Shown: in pieces, positions 17,692-30,509 of the stretch
How positions within the stretch are numbered: the first letter of the stretch is position 1
Layout: each line of letters starts with the position of its first letter
Assembly (NCBI GenBank): GCA_021848825.1
Contig: JAJZTQ010000011.1
Location: 1,051-65,050 of the forward strand
Source of the DNA: Pseudomonadota bacterium
GTDB taxonomy: Bacteria > Pseudomonadota > Gammaproteobacteria > Burkholderiales > JABEVD01
DNA: 64,000 bases
Reading direction: 5' to 3'
Program-made: the position numbers and the translations under genes
Notes under the pieces: model-generated
The model's database searches: none
Told to the model about the DNA's origin: nothing
What the model saw: only the letters and a program-made list of their open reading frames with translations

Positions 17692-19104
17692 CTATCGGCT
17701 GAATTTCATGACGGAGCTTTGAATTGATGGCGATAATGCACCCATCATTTCATCGTTGATCTTCTTCATGTTTTGCTGAAGAGTGATGGTCGATGCAATC
17801 CTGGTGTATTCGGCCTGATACTTGATGGTGGCGAGCTGCAACTGTTTATCGATTTGCGCGGTCAGGAGTTTGTTGGCATCAATTACATCCGTTGCGTGGG
17901 CTGTCGTGGAATTTGTCGCAAGCACGGCCTGGATGTTTTGCAGAACGGAAATCATCCACTTGTAGGCGAGATCAATGGCGATCACCTGTGAATAGTCAGC
18001 CGCGAGCGCCGGATTATTGTTCATCGCGGCAATCCTGGCCAGCTTGTACAGCGGAATCGTCGTATTCGTGAACAGCGTCATGTCGCTGGTGCTGAAGTTC
18101 TGGGCTGCCCGATTCTGAATATTGATCATCCCTGCCGTGATCGTCTTGCTGACCTCATAGGAAAGCGAATCGGCATTTTTCGCTTGTGCCGTAGGATTCA
18201 TGCAACCAGGCGATGGATCGCATTGCAGCACCATCAGCGATGTCGTTGTCTGAACGGACGGATCGCCAATAAAATCGTCGAGTGACAAATTGGTCGGCGG
18301 CACATAGGACCATTGTGCATCATGACCCGGATTCGATGCATCCCCGGCAGGGCGAATGATTATGGCTCCCGTCAGTCCCATCATGAGAGGATACAAATCG
18401 GTTGGAACGTTCGACTTTTGCAGAGCGGCATAGACGATGTTCCCCGGATTCAATTCGGCGCTCAGATTCGGATCGGCGGCAGAGGCCGCTTTCCTGGCCT
18501 GAATCTTCGCCTGTTCAGATTGATTCCATTGGTTCAGCGCATCGGCTGCATCCTGGAAAAGATTTGTAGAAGCCGCTGTTCCCTGGGCTGTGGCCTGTTC
18601 CTTGTTGTCGGTGATCGCCGAGCCAACCGCGTTGACGATGCCCTCGGCGGCATGACATGAAGTGGTATTCAGGCTGTTTATCTTCGCAGCCGCATCTTGA
18701 AGATATTGCAGCAGATCGGCCATTTCGCCCGATGCCGACTTGATGGCCAGCATGAAAGCATAGTTGACGGCGTTGTTTCCAATGTTTCGGAAAAGAGCGG
18801 TCAACTGAGAGGAATTGATGAAAGAGAACGACCCGGCAAACGCATCAATGCCGCCGCAACCTGCCGTAATGCTGGGCGGGGCAAATGCGGCAATCTGATA
18901 ATTTTGATTCGGCGTGCGGACGAACAAATTGCCCCCCGTGTAGGTGGTCGAAGTCTGGCCGTTCACCACCTGAGCCCCGGTAACATTGCTGTATCCGCCC
19001 ATGCTGTTGAACCAAGACTGCATTTCAGACTGCACGTCAGCGGTGGCGATAGAGCTTGCAAAAAGACCGGCGATGAGAGTTGCGGTAAGCGTTTTCTTGA
19101 ACAT
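17692..19104 (-). CDS. traH: F-type conjugal transfer protein TraH
   Basis: Signal peptide; GG....R; P...AGCGGID.F.GSFSFIN signature. Confidence 0.92.
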   Translation of the reverse strand: MFKKTLTATLIAGLFASSIATADVQSEMQSWFNSMGGYSNVTGAQVVNGQTSTTYTGGNLFVRTPNQNYQIAAFAPPSITAGCGGIDAFAGSFSFINSSQLTALFRNIGNNAVNYAFMLAIKSASGEMADLLQYLQDAAAKINSLNTTSCHAAEGIVNAVGSAITDNKEQATAQGTAASTNLFQDAADALNQWNQSEQAKIQARKAASAADPNLSAELNPGNIVYAALQKSNVPTDLYPLMMGLTGAIIIRPAGDASNPGHDAQWSYVPPTNLSLDDFIGDPSVQTTTSLMVLQCDPSPGCMNPTAQAKNADSLSYEVSKTITAGMINIQNRAAQNFSTSDMTLFTNTTIPLYKLARIAAMNNNPALAADYSQVIAIDLAYKWMISVLQNIQAVLATNSTTAHATDVIDANKLLTAQIDKQLQLATIKYQAEYTRIASTITLQQNMKKINDEMMGALSPSIQSSVMKFSR

Positions 19105-19122
19105 GATTTTTCCTTTTCAGAT

Positions 19123-19542
19123 TTACATGCCTTGTTTAAGCATCGGCACAATCTTGCCAATGTCCATCCCTTCAAGCGGTGGCTCGCCGTTCTTGCAGTA
19201 GTTGATCCCGATGTTCATGGCAAAAGTAATCGGCTTTACTTTTATGTCGAGGACATTTGCCTGTTCAAATCGAAGATTAAGTCGGCTGCAACCAGGCTGA
19301 TTGAATTGCCTGATGGTGGTCACGGTTGCGATCACAGGTGCGGTAGACCTGGTAGTTGCCCTGAATTTCCCTGCAATGGGGCCGATCATTTCGCCCTGGA
19401 TCGTCGCGCCCGGATTATCGAGCGCCTGAAGCAGCAATGGCTTCACGCTGGCGTACTGATCAAGGTTAGATGCAAGGGATATGCTGCTAGCCATAAGCAG
19501 CCCTATTCCAAGCACGATCATTGTTAACGGTGATTTGTTCAT
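19123..19542 (-). CDS. Exported hypothetical protein in the tra operon
   Basis: Signal peptide, two Cys, lies between traN and traH. Confidence 0.65.
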   Translation of the reverse strand: MNKSPLTMIVLGIGLLMASSISLASNLDQYASVKPLLLQALDNPGATIQGEMIGPIAGKFRATTRSTAPVIATVTTIRQFNQPGCSRLNLRFEQANVLDIKVKPITFAMNIGINYCKNGEPPLEGMDIGKIVPMLKQGM

Positions 19543-19571
19543 GTCGCTGTCCTTTCAAATGATTCGAAAAA

Positions 19572-21359
19572 TCACTGGTGCCCCAGGTTGTAGTAGTTCT
19601 GGATTTTTTGCTGGATCACGCCGGTCGCGTTCTGGGTGATTCCGGCCTGGTTCGGCCCCGTGACTGAGGCCATGATTTGCGCGGTGAACTGTGACAAATC
19701 GATCTTGGAGAAATCGATTTGCTGGAACTGCGCCGTGGTCAGGCCGGAGCAATCCGGCGACTGGGCGCTGCCATACCCCTTGCCGATCTGCGCCCTTCCC
19801 TGCTCTTCGATGATCTTGGCCAGGAGGCTGTTGTAGCAGCAATAGGAATTGGTGTTCTCGATGCAGATCGAACCGACAAGCAGGTTCAAGCTTTGCGAGC
19901 AATACGTCCCGACATAGGTGCAGAGGTTTTGTCCCTGCTTCAACCCAAGCATCTGTTCGTCATTGTTACAGCTCGTCAAATCCTGAATGACGGCGATCAC
20001 AACCACGGCGGCGAAAGCGTAGGGGTTGAAAGATACTGTAAAATTTGCCCCCAGCGTCCCTGGAGCACCCAAAGCGGTGCTCATAGTTGCTGAGTTGTAC
20101 GCACTAGTGAGTGACGAAAATAAACTCGGAGCAATCGTGGTTGTCGTCGTAGTGCTCACTGCCCCAACCGCAAAACCCGTATAGGAAATTGAAACCCCAT
20201 ACAATCCAAGCGATGGCGTGAAGCTGCTTAGGGTATTTCCAGCAGCCCCCGTCAGCGCCTTGAAACCGTTCTGGAGCATTTGCGGTGAATTGTTGTAAAG
20301 CGAGTCATATGTGTACCTGCTCCCAGCTGACAACGCTTCACCGCCAACATTTAGTGCCAGCCCCAGGACCGCATTGTTGCTGTAACCCGATCCCCCGCCA
20401 TTCGTCTTGCAACAATTGGCGAGCCCGAACAAGCGAATTCGGCAGCTATCGGCCTCCCCTGAGAAAATCACCCCGTTCTGGTTGTAGACACCACCCTGCC
20501 GACCGGCTTCCATGAGGGCTGTTGCCGTGGCAAAGGCGGTATCGTTCGGGTGGCCCGTGTTGAAGCAGTTTCCGCCCTGACAAAATGATGTTCCACTGCA
20601 ATCGGCTGTCGTGGTCGTCGTCGCTGGCGAAGTCATGCAGTTATAGGTTTGCTGGTTTACCGCGCATGATCCATTCGGCAGGGTGTTGACGCAGTTCGAT
20701 GACTGAGGCGAGCAATTCGGATTTGAGGAATACTGGCCGCAATCGCTTGTGGTGGTTCCGTCAGTGCAGGCATAGGTGGTTGTCTGCTGGTAGCAGCCAT
20801 CGGGAGCTGCGGCAGTCGGGCTGATCCCTGGCGGCAGTGGCGGCGATGGCGTTGTGGACGTGCAAGTTGACGATGCAATTGAACAATTCGAACTCGTCGC
20901 AGATGGGCAGGTAGACGTGTCATAGCCTGTCGAGACAAGCGTATAGGTATCGGCGAGCTGCACGGTATTCGTCGGAGCAGTTGGCATGGACGAGCTATTG
21001 CACTGATAAGACTGCGTGTACTGCATGCAGCCGGTGCCGAAAGTGACATCCATCTGCGAGCAAACGGAACTGGTTTGCCAGCATGCAGGAGCGGCATTGA
21101 TGAGCGGTTGACAGTAGTTCACCGCGTTAGGTTTGATGCAGTTGTAGGTATCCTGGTATTTCCAACAAGTTGCTGAGGTTGGAATGGCTCCTGCGGGTAA
21201 CGGCACGCCTGCAAGACAAACCTGATATCCTGAAATCGTTTTACATGGCGTCGAGTCCACGCAAGTTGTGCCGGTTTTCTGGCACGTGGCCGCATCAGCG
21301 GCTACGCACCACAGAAGCCCCAGTGCCACGAGTGCGGCGAGAAAGCGAATCATGGCCAT
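19572..21359 (-). CDS. traN: F-type mating-pair stabilisation protein TraN (short form)
   Basis: Cys-rich; FSG....C...NCC; C.YVG.YC; YCC.NS.LA.II.EQGR.Q; PDC.G; IDFS.IDLS. Confidence 0.9.
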   Translation of the reverse strand: MAMIRFLAALVALGLLWCVAADAATCQKTGTTCVDSTPCKTISGYQVCLAGVPLPAGAIPTSATCWKYQDTYNCIKPNAVNYCQPLINAAPACWQTSSVCSQMDVTFGTGCMQYTQSYQCNSSSMPTAPTNTVQLADTYTLVSTGYDTSTCPSATSSNCSIASSTCTSTTPSPPLPPGISPTAAAPDGCYQQTTTYACTDGTTTSDCGQYSSNPNCSPQSSNCVNTLPNGSCAVNQQTYNCMTSPATTTTTADCSGTSFCQGGNCFNTGHPNDTAFATATALMEAGRQGGVYNQNGVIFSGEADSCRIRLFGLANCCKTNGGGSGYSNNAVLGLALNVGGEALSAGSRYTYDSLYNNSPQMLQNGFKALTGAAGNTLSSFTPSLGLYGVSISYTGFAVGAVSTTTTTTIAPSLFSSLTSAYNSATMSTALGAPGTLGANFTVSFNPYAFAAVVVIAVIQDLTSCNNDEQMLGLKQGQNLCTYVGTYCSQSLNLLVGSICIENTNSYCCYNSLLAKIIEEQGRAQIGKGYGSAQSPDCSGLTTAQFQQIDFSKIDLSQFTAQIMASVTGPNQAGITQNATGVIQQKIQNYYNLGHQ

Positions 21360-21574
21360 AGTCCCATCACGATGGCTTCGACGATGACGCAAATCGTCAT
21401 GGTGCCTATCCCTCGCCACATCCATAAATTGAATGCCTCATCGAATCGGCGAGATACACCTTCCGGGTCGGCCTCCCATTCCGCATTTGCGCGGTCCAAA
21501 TAGTCATGAAATCGCCGGATTTCCGCTGCAATGGCCGACCCGACTGCCCAGGCTGATTGTTTGAGTTTTTTCAT
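21350..21574 (-). CDS. Small hypothetical protein with C-terminal TM
   Basis: RBS GAGAGG; overlaps traN start. Confidence 0.55.
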   Translation of the reverse strand: MKKLKQSAWAVGSAIAAEIRRFHDYLDRANAEWEADPEGVSRRFDEAFNLWMWRGIGTMTICVIVEAIVMGLWP

Positions 21575-21623
21575 GGTTTTTCCTCTCAGTTTTCAAATGG
21601 ACAAGATGCTTGTTGGCAAACGA

Positions 21624-21824
21624 TCAATGAACCTTTCTCGAAAGCTCGATCAAAATATCGATACGACACATGACCAACTCATCAAATAGCAAATCCAAAA
21701 GTTCGGCCACCATACGTAATTCAGGGGATGCGCTGGTTCGCATCCGGGTGATGGCACTGCTTAACTGTCTGAAGAGTCGATCTTCGCGGTCGAGGGTATC
21801 AAGTGGGTCAAGCGCCATGATCAT
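21624..21824 (-). CDS. Small hypothetical protein
   Basis: ORF with RBS AAGGA, co-oriented with neighbours. Confidence 0.45.
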   Translation of the reverse strand: MIMALDPLDTLDREDRLFRQLSSAITRMRTSASPELRMVAELLDLLFDELVMCRIDILIELSRKVH

Positions 21825-21929
21825 TCATCCTTGGTCGGCAAAAAGAACATTTATCCACTAGGGCATCGCCTCCAACTATCGGGAAAGATAGAGGGAAAAA
21901 CCTAACGGCATAACCTATCGGTTTAGGGG

Positions 21930-22025
21930 GGGGCCAAAATAACGAATCCCGGTGGACCGATTTAACGTAATTTCGAGGCGTGCGGTGGCCCGATTTAACG
22001 AAATACGGGGGTCGGAAATAACGTG
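21930..22025. repeat. Iteron-like repeats downstream of repA (candidate oriV)
   Basis: CGGTGG.CCGATTTAACG.AAT at 21950 and 21983; TAACG cores at 21940, 21963, 21996 and 22019. Confidence 0.65.
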
Positions 22026-22089
22026 GATAACTTCCGCCGCCCACAGCCTTGTTCACATTCTTGATAGGTGAATGCATAGGGGGTCCGAT

Positions 22090-22971
22090 TTATCGATCAT
22101 TTTTGTGTGGAATTGGGGGTGGTGACGGCATCAGCAGCAAACCGCCTGTGATCTGCCTCACTTTTGCTCGCGGATAGACTGCTAGCACGTCACTTAAGGC
22201 ATGCCGGAATTTTTTTTGAAAATCTTTGCCTGGTTCTTTGCCTTTGTATTCCTGACCGAACTGCTCTCGTAAAGCTTTCCAGTGCACTGTTACTGGCCGC
22301 CCCTCGATGCGATAAAGCCTATGCGAAAGCCACGTATAGACATCGAGGGCTAGAGACGAGCCGCGAAGCGCCATCAATGCTCGGTTATCCAGCGGGACAC
22401 TATAATGTTCGAGCTCCGAGAAGTAGTGCTCGGACAGCACCAGGTGCCCTGGCCATAACGCTCGCTGACTCGATTCCCGATTCGTCACCCATGCGTCGAA
22501 TTGTTGGATAGGCGTATCACTGAAGGTGCGCCCCTTGAAGCCCAGTTGTAGACGACATGCAGCAAGTGCATGCATTTGACGGCGGAGGGTAACATAGCGC
22601 GCTCCCTGATGGTCCATGCCCAATTTCCTTAAAAAATCAGCGGCACTGTCTCCAATCGGAATTTCTCGCGTGCCCTTCTGCTTCGCATAAGTAGACAGCC
22701 AAGCCATGGCTAACCGAGGCATTGCCCCGTAGGGGATGGGTTGCGGGACCGGCCCACGCCCCTCATCTATACTTCCTGCCTGCACGCTGATCCATGCCTC
22801 GCCGGAGGTCCTTATGAATCGATCGCCGTCAAATCGTGATCGCGGTAACCCGACCTGGCATAGAACCGAATGCGTAAAAGCGATATTGTCACTTCCCGCA
22901 GACTCAGCAGAAATCTGATATCCGGCTTCGATGAGCTTGTTATTTTTTCTCGGTGTCACGATTTCCATCAC
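22090..22971 (-). CDS. repA: Plasmid replication initiator, RepA_C (IncW/SGI1-like) family
   Basis: F.HSVLCQVGLP; IPYG..PRL...WL; S.LALD.Y.WL..RL; W..L..QFG. Confidence 0.85.
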   Translation of the reverse strand: MMEIVTPRKNNKLIEAGYQISAESAGSDNIAFTHSVLCQVGLPRSRFDGDRFIRTSGEAWISVQAGSIDEGRGPVPQPIPYGAMPRLAMAWLSTYAKQKGTREIPIGDSAADFLRKLGMDHQGARYVTLRRQMHALAACRLQLGFKGRTFSDTPIQQFDAWVTNRESSQRALWPGHLVLSEHYFSELEHYSVPLDNRALMALRGSSLALDVYTWLSHRLYRIEGRPVTVHWKALREQFGQEYKGKEPGKDFQKKFRHALSDVLAVYPRAKVRQITGGLLLMPSPPPIPHKNDR

Positions 22972-23324
22972 GCCATCCCCTCAGCCTGGCGCTTGGCGAT
23001 CTGCTCGGCCTTCGTCAAGCCGCCTCGCCGTCGAGGTATATTTTGGCGCTCCAACCGATTAATATGCTCTTGTTCTTCCAAGAAATTTGCCAATCTCTGG
23101 ACATGAATTACCAGTTTTCCGCTGAGCTTGAAGAATCCAGCGTTTTTGATTGGGTGGTTTTTTTTCTTGTCTGAAAGTTGATTGTGGATCGTCCCTGGCT
23201 CGCTCTTTAAGTGCTGCGCTGCTTGCGCCAACGTCAAATAGATATCTTGGTGCAGGTTGGCAAAAACGAGCGCGTCTGGCGAGAGGCCAAGGTCGCCTTC
23301 GAATTTCGGTTTTGTGAGATCCAT
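22968..23324 (-). CDS. Excisionase-like HTH DNA-binding protein
   Basis: LTL..AA..L.....TI.N motif; between int and repA; ATGA-coupled to repA. Confidence 0.55.
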   Translation of the reverse strand: MDLTKPKFEGDLGLSPDALVFANLHQDIYLTLAQAAQHLKSEPGTIHNQLSDKKKNHPIKNAGFFKLSGKLVIHVQRLANFLEEQEHINRLERQNIPRRRGGLTKAEQIAKRQAEGMA

Positions 23325-23409
23325 GTCGCTCTCCTCGAGGGCAGAAGGGCGACCGAATATTGCTCGCGGCCATCCTTCTCCCGCGAATCGTCAAAATACA
23401 AATTGTTAT

Positions 23410-23889
23410 TTAACTTTTCGGGGGGAATACAGCCAGGGTGCGAGGAAAGGAAGGAGCGAACGTGAGAGCGCGAAGGGCCGCGCCGAGGTGGTTGATGAGT
23501 TTATTTTTTTTTGCCGAACTGCGGGGCAAAAATAATTTTGGAAATTTCGGGAGTAGGATTTCGACTGGCAGTGGTGGGGGCGAAGCTAGAAGTTCATCTA
23601 CAACATTTTCAGCTGCAATCGAATCAATATCCTTTTTGATTTTTTTGCGCGCAGCCACCCGGACGGCTTTCTCCACAAATATAGCCGAGAGCCATGCCGC
23701 AAGAATCGAACCGAAAAAAATCTCGAAGGGCAGCGGATTGCCGAAAACCGCAAAAACCATCATAAGCACACCCAAACCAACAATTCCAAACCGCATTTCC
23801 AATTTTTGCGCTTTCAGGAAATGTCGTCCGCTCCACGCCCAATCCTGGGTGGCGGAAAGTCTTTCGAGTGTTTTACGATTAAAGCGCAT
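23410..23889 (-). CDS. Hypothetical membrane protein
   Basis: Two TM segments; AT-rich upstream region. Confidence 0.5.
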   Translation of the reverse strand: MRFNRKTLERLSATQDWAWSGRHFLKAQKLEMRFGIVGLGVLMMVFAVFGNPLPFEIFFGSILAAWLSAIFVEKAVRVAARKKIKKDIDSIAAENVVDELLASPPPLPVEILLPKFPKLFLPRSSAKKNKLINHLGAALRALTFAPSFPRTLAVFPPKS

Positions 23890-24063
23890 TCTACAAATTT
23901 TAGTGCGTTGATGAAAAATGTCAATAAATTATTATTTATTATCATTGAACTATCATTCTTTATCATTCTGCATCATCTAGTATTGTCCGCGACGCCGCTC
24001 TCGCTTTTTGATGCTAAGGTTTAAGGTGTTCAATCACCATCGTGCGTTACTTCTAAACAAGTG

Positions 24064-25101
24064 CTAACCCAGCATCTTCGCCAAATCTTCAACCTTGGGA
24101 TGATAATAGCGTTTCAGCATCTGCAAATCCTTGTGACCGGTGATTCTGGCGAGCATTAGGACATTCGGGATTTTCATGGCTAGACGGCTGGTCGCTTCGT
24201 GCCGAAGATCGTGGAAATGCAGATCGCCCAGAAAACCTTTTCTCGGCTTATTCTCTGCTTCCTTGCAGTCATCCTCGTACTTCTTCAAAGCTCTGGCAAT
24301 AGTGCGCGACCAGGACTGCTTGACAGCATTTGTGGACATTGGAAACACCCTGCCGCCGATTGATCGGGGCATTTCCTTGAGGATGGAAACCGCCTTGGTG
24401 GACAGTGGCACGGTTCGGGAATCACCGTTCTTTGTCTTGGGAAGATGGGCAGAAGGCGCGGAAAGATCGATATTATCCCAAGTCAGGGTGCAAAGCTCAC
24501 CTTGTCGCATAGCAGTTTCAAGGGCGAATTCGATCATGGGACGAAGCCACGGGGTCTGGCAAGCGCCAGTGGCTTCGAACAAGTATTTTTCCTCAAGCGG
24601 TTCAATGCGGCGCTCCCTGGCGTTATCCAGTCGAGGACGGGATACCAGCTTTACAGGGTTATCGTGCAGGTTGATCCCCCATTCACGTCTTGCTTGGTCG
24701 AGCACTTGCTGAAACAGCCCGAGCTCCCTATGGACGGTTGCTGCCGCGACTTTCTTTAGTCGCGAATCACGGTATGCCGCAAAGTCGCTGGAGGTGAGGC
24801 TGGCTGCGGTTTTCTTGGCGATGTCCCTCACGGCCATGGCCTTCAACCGAATCGATTCGGATTCGTACCCCCTGTGGGTAGGCGTTACTTCCTGGATGTA
24901 TCGATCTATGAGTTCTTTGAGCGTTGTCTTCTCCGCTGCTGCTCTGGAAACAAAGACTCCTCTGCCGATCTCGGATTCAAGCGTTGCCGCCCAGAGCTCT
25001 GCATCAGCTTTATTCTCAAACGTCTTTGTTTGGTCAGGGTAGCCCTTTCTCCGAACCCTGGCCCGCCATTGGTAATCCCCCCTTTTTTCGATCTGCGCCA
25101 T
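24064..25101 (-). CDS. int: Tyrosine recombinase/integrase
   Basis: ETAMR.GE, KTKNG..R, FHDLRHEA, GH...ML.RY catalytic residues. Confidence 0.95.
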   Translation of the reverse strand: MAQIEKRGDYQWRARVRRKGYPDQTKTFENKADAELWAATLESEIGRGVFVSRAAAEKTTLKELIDRYIQEVTPTHRGYESESIRLKAMAVRDIAKKTAASLTSSDFAAYRDSRLKKVAAATVHRELGLFQQVLDQARREWGINLHDNPVKLVSRPRLDNARERRIEPLEEKYLFEATGACQTPWLRPMIEFALETAMRQGELCTLTWDNIDLSAPSAHLPKTKNGDSRTVPLSTKAVSILKEMPRSIGGRVFPMSTNAVKQSWSRTIARALKKYEDDCKEAENKPRKGFLGDLHFHDLRHEATSRLAMKIPNVLMLARITGHKDLQMLKRYYHPKVEDLAKMLG

Positions 25102-25196
25102 ACCGCCTCCAAGTATATTAGCGTTAGATTATTGGCCCAATAATGACCCAATGAATGCTAATATAGCTATAATAACGCATAAATACTAGATAGATA

Positions 25197-25248
<52 letters not shown>

Positions 25249-25474
25249 TCCATCATACAAGTGTCTTGTCGATCTGCTCATGAAACCGGTCGGATTGCCG
25301 TCGGCTGGGCAAGGCGTCACATTGGATCCCATCATCAACCGGTTTTTTCGTCATGCTCTCCCCGGGAAACCCGTCCGTCAGAGTTTGACAATCGGCCACC
25401 ATGCAGAAACAATATGATTAATTGTTTTTAATATGCTGTGCCTGCGGCGCGCTTTCTTGATTCTGGAGGAATAA

Positions 25475-26608
25475 ATGTTCTTTGGCAGCAGTAAGAAAAT
25501 CGATGAGTTGTCCGGTCGGGTCCGGGAGCTCGAAAACCAGATCGAATCGCGAGACAGGAAGATAGATGATCTGACAAGCCAGCTGAAATCGGCGCAGGAA
25601 AGGGAACAGGAACTGCGTTCCGAAGTCGAACGACTCAGCGGGCTGATACAGCAGCTGCAGGCTTTCGGCCAATCCCTGTCCGATGTTCAGGCAAGCCTGA
25701 TGACTTTGGCCAACGACATGCGCACGGAAAAGGACCATGCGATCGATGCCCAGGGCGTATCTTTGACCACTCGCAGCGCAATCGAGAGCATCGCGGCAAA
25801 CCTTTCGGAGCTTGCCGACGGTTCCCGGAATGCAGCCTCCAAGGTAGGCGAACTCGACGGACGCGCCCAGGAAATCAGCAGGATTGTGCAGCTGATCAAG
25901 GAAATAGCGGACCAGACCAATCTGCTCGCGCTGAATGCGGCCATCGAAGCGGCCCGTGCAGGCGAACAGGGTCGCGGATTCGCGGTTGTTGCCGACGAGG
26001 TCAGAAAGCTTGCAGAGCGCACAGCCAATGCAACCGAGGAAATCTCGGCGCTGGTGGGAAAAATACGTGACGATAGTTCATCCAGCTACGATCAGATCAA
26101 GTTGTTGGCTGAGCATTCCGGTGAATTCAGCCATGACGGACAAAAAGCGGCTGAAACCATGCGCGAACTCCTCAATCTCTCCGAGGGAATGGAAAAAGCG
26201 ATTGCGGCATCGGCGCTGAGAGGATTCTGCGAACTGGCGAAAGTGGATCACCTGATTTACAAGTTCCGGATCTACAAGGTGCTGTTTGGTCTGTCGGACG
26301 AAACGGAAGACAAATTCGCCAGCCACACTTCCTGTCGTCTCGGAAAGTGGTATTACGAAGGGGAAGGACGCGACTGCTTTTCGCAACTGCCGGGATATCG
26401 GGATATCGAGGCGCCCCATATGGAGGTTCATCAGGCAGGTCTGGATGCGCTTCGCGCCCACTTCGAAAAAAATACGGCCAGGGTGCTCGACGGCATGAAG
26501 CTCATGGAAAGCGCCAGCCTTCGCGTGCTTGAAGGACTGGAAAAAATGGCAAGAAGCGGCGAAGAAAACAGCAGCCTGTTGTGCAGCAGCGCGACGCAGC
26601 CTGACTGA
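25475..26608 (+). CDS. Soluble methyl-accepting chemotaxis protein with C-terminal CZB domain
   Basis: [34 protein letters not shown]; DH..K...H..CRLGKWY...H..VH. Confidence 0.92.
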   Translation: MFFGSSKKIDELSGRVRELENQIESRDRKIDDLTSQLKSAQEREQELRSEVERLSGLIQQLQAFGQSLSDVQASLMTLANDMRTEKDHAIDAQGVSLTTRSAIESIAANLSELADGSRNAASKVGELDGRAQEISRIVQLIKEIADQTNLLALNAAIEAARAGEQGRGFAVVADEVRKLAERTANATEEISALVGKIRDDSSSSYDQIKLLAEHSGEFSHDGQKAAETMRELLNLSEGMEKAIAASALRGFCELAKVDHLIYKFRIYKVLFGLSDETEDKFASHTSCRLGKWYYEGEGRDCFSQLPGYRDIEAPHMEVHQAGLDALRAHFEKNTARVLDGMKLMESASLRVLEGLEKMARSGEENSSLLCSSATQPD

Positions 26609-26616
26609 AAGACGGC

Positions 26617-27048
26617 TCAATCGTCGAAGGCATGGAGCATCATGACGATCACCGTGATCAGGACGGCGAATGTGCCCAAAGTGATGCGAAGCGCCCGCTG
26701 CTGTCCCGGCGTATCCGGCAATTCCTCATTCGTTCCCGCATAAGCCAGGATCATATCTGCAGAAAGCGTGATGAATCGGTCGTCGTCCAGCAGGATTTCA
26801 CGGGTGGCACCCAGAGGATCGGGCTTGAATCGCACGACCACGGAACAGCCCGAAGTCTCACGCTTCAGGGCAAGCCCGAGATTCGAGATGTCTTTGCAGC
26901 CCTGCTCCGTCAGAAACAGCTTGTGCGGACTCATGCCCAGAAACCGATGCTGTTGAAATATGACGAGCATGCAAACAAGCGCGACGAGCAGGCCGGCAAG
27001 GGCCATTCTCAGTTTCTTCGGCGTAATCGCGTCTTCGTCCAGCTGCAT
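26617..27048 (-). CDS. Hypothetical membrane protein
   Basis: TM segments at both termini. Confidence 0.55.
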   Translation of the reverse strand: MQLDEDAITPKKLRMALAGLLVALVCMLVIFQQHRFLGMSPHKLFLTEQGCKDISNLGLALKRETSGCSVVVRFKPDPLGATREILLDDDRFITLSADMILAYAGTNEELPDTPGQQRALRITLGTFAVLITVIVMMLHAFDD

Positions 27049-27094
27049 GGATTTTCCCCTTTCATCGCTGCCTTAAGAATAGAAACACAAAAGA

Positions 27095-27123
27095 AAAAAG
27101 GCCCCCGGGATACCGGAGGCCTT
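27095..27123 (-). terminator. Intrinsic terminator after purA
   Basis: AAGGCCTCCGG...CCGGGGGCCTTTTTT on the minus strand. Confidence 0.65.
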
Positions 27124-27144
27124 GAAGCGCGAACATATTGAAAT

Positions 27145-29594
<2,450 letters not shown>

Positions 29595-29636
29595 TTCAAT
29601 CGAATGGAAAGCCCAGGAAAAACAGTTTTCAACATG

Positions 29637-30509
29637 CTAGGGCTTGCTTCCCGAATGCCTGAAATACTTGAAGAACTCGGAATCGGGTGAAAGCAGCAGC
29701 GTGCTGTTTTTCCCGTCAAAGCCCTTCCTGTAGGCTTCGAGGCTCCGATAGAAGGCATAGAATTCAGGATTCTTCGAAAAAGCCTGGGCATAGATGGCAG
29801 TCGCCGAGGCATCGCCCTGCCCCTTGATGGTCTGGGCCTGCTTGTAGGCATTGGCGACGATCACTTCACGCTGCCTGTCGGCATCCGCCCTGATCTGCTC
29901 CGATTCCGCAGCACCTGTCGACCTCAGTTCGTTCGCCACGCGCTTCCTTTCCGCCTCCATCCGCTTGTAGACGGAATCGCTGACCTGCTGGGGAAGATCG
30001 ACCCGTTTCAGCCGGACATCGATGACCTGGACGCCGATTTTCCGGGAATCGAGGTCGGATTTGCGCCTCATCATATCCGTGATCATGTCGCGCTGCTTCG
30101 AAATGACGTCATGAACCGTCAGGTTGCCGATCTGGTCCCTGAGGCTGGAATTGATCGTCTGGGAAAGCCTGATCTGCGCCCTCGCTTCGTCCCCGCCGGT
30201 GCTGATGTAGTACTGTTTCGGATCGACGATGCGCCACTTGACGAAGGAATCGACGAGCACGTTTTTCTTCTCCGAAGTGATGTAGCGCTCGGGCTCAGGC
30301 GACTCGAAAGTCTGGATCCTGTTGTCGAAATAGCGCACATTCTGGATGAGCGGAATCTTCCAGTAGAGACCCGGCGATGTCTTGACCGAGACGATCTCCC
30401 CGAGCTGCAGCACGATTGCGCTCTGCCTCTGGTCGACAATATAGAGGCTCGAGCTCAGCAGGGCGATCGCCACGATCGCGGCGACGATGTAACCTGTCAG
30501 ATTCTTCAA
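29637..30509 (-). CDS. hflC: Protease modulator HflC
   Basis: SPFH domain; RM.AER...A...RS.G. Confidence 0.95.
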   Translation of the reverse strand: MKNLTGYIVAAIVAIALLSSSLYIVDQRQSAIVLQLGEIVSVKTSPGLYWKIPLIQNVRYFDNRIQTFESPEPERYITSEKKNVLVDSFVKWRIVDPKQYYISTGGDEARAQIRLSQTINSSLRDQIGNLTVHDVISKQRDMITDMMRRKSDLDSRKIGVQVIDVRLKRVDLPQQVSDSVYKRMEAERKRVANELRSTGAAESEQIRADADRQREVIVANAYKQAQTIKGQGDASATAIYAQAFSKNPEFYAFYRSLEAYRKGFDGKNSTLLLSPDSEFFKYFRHSGSKP

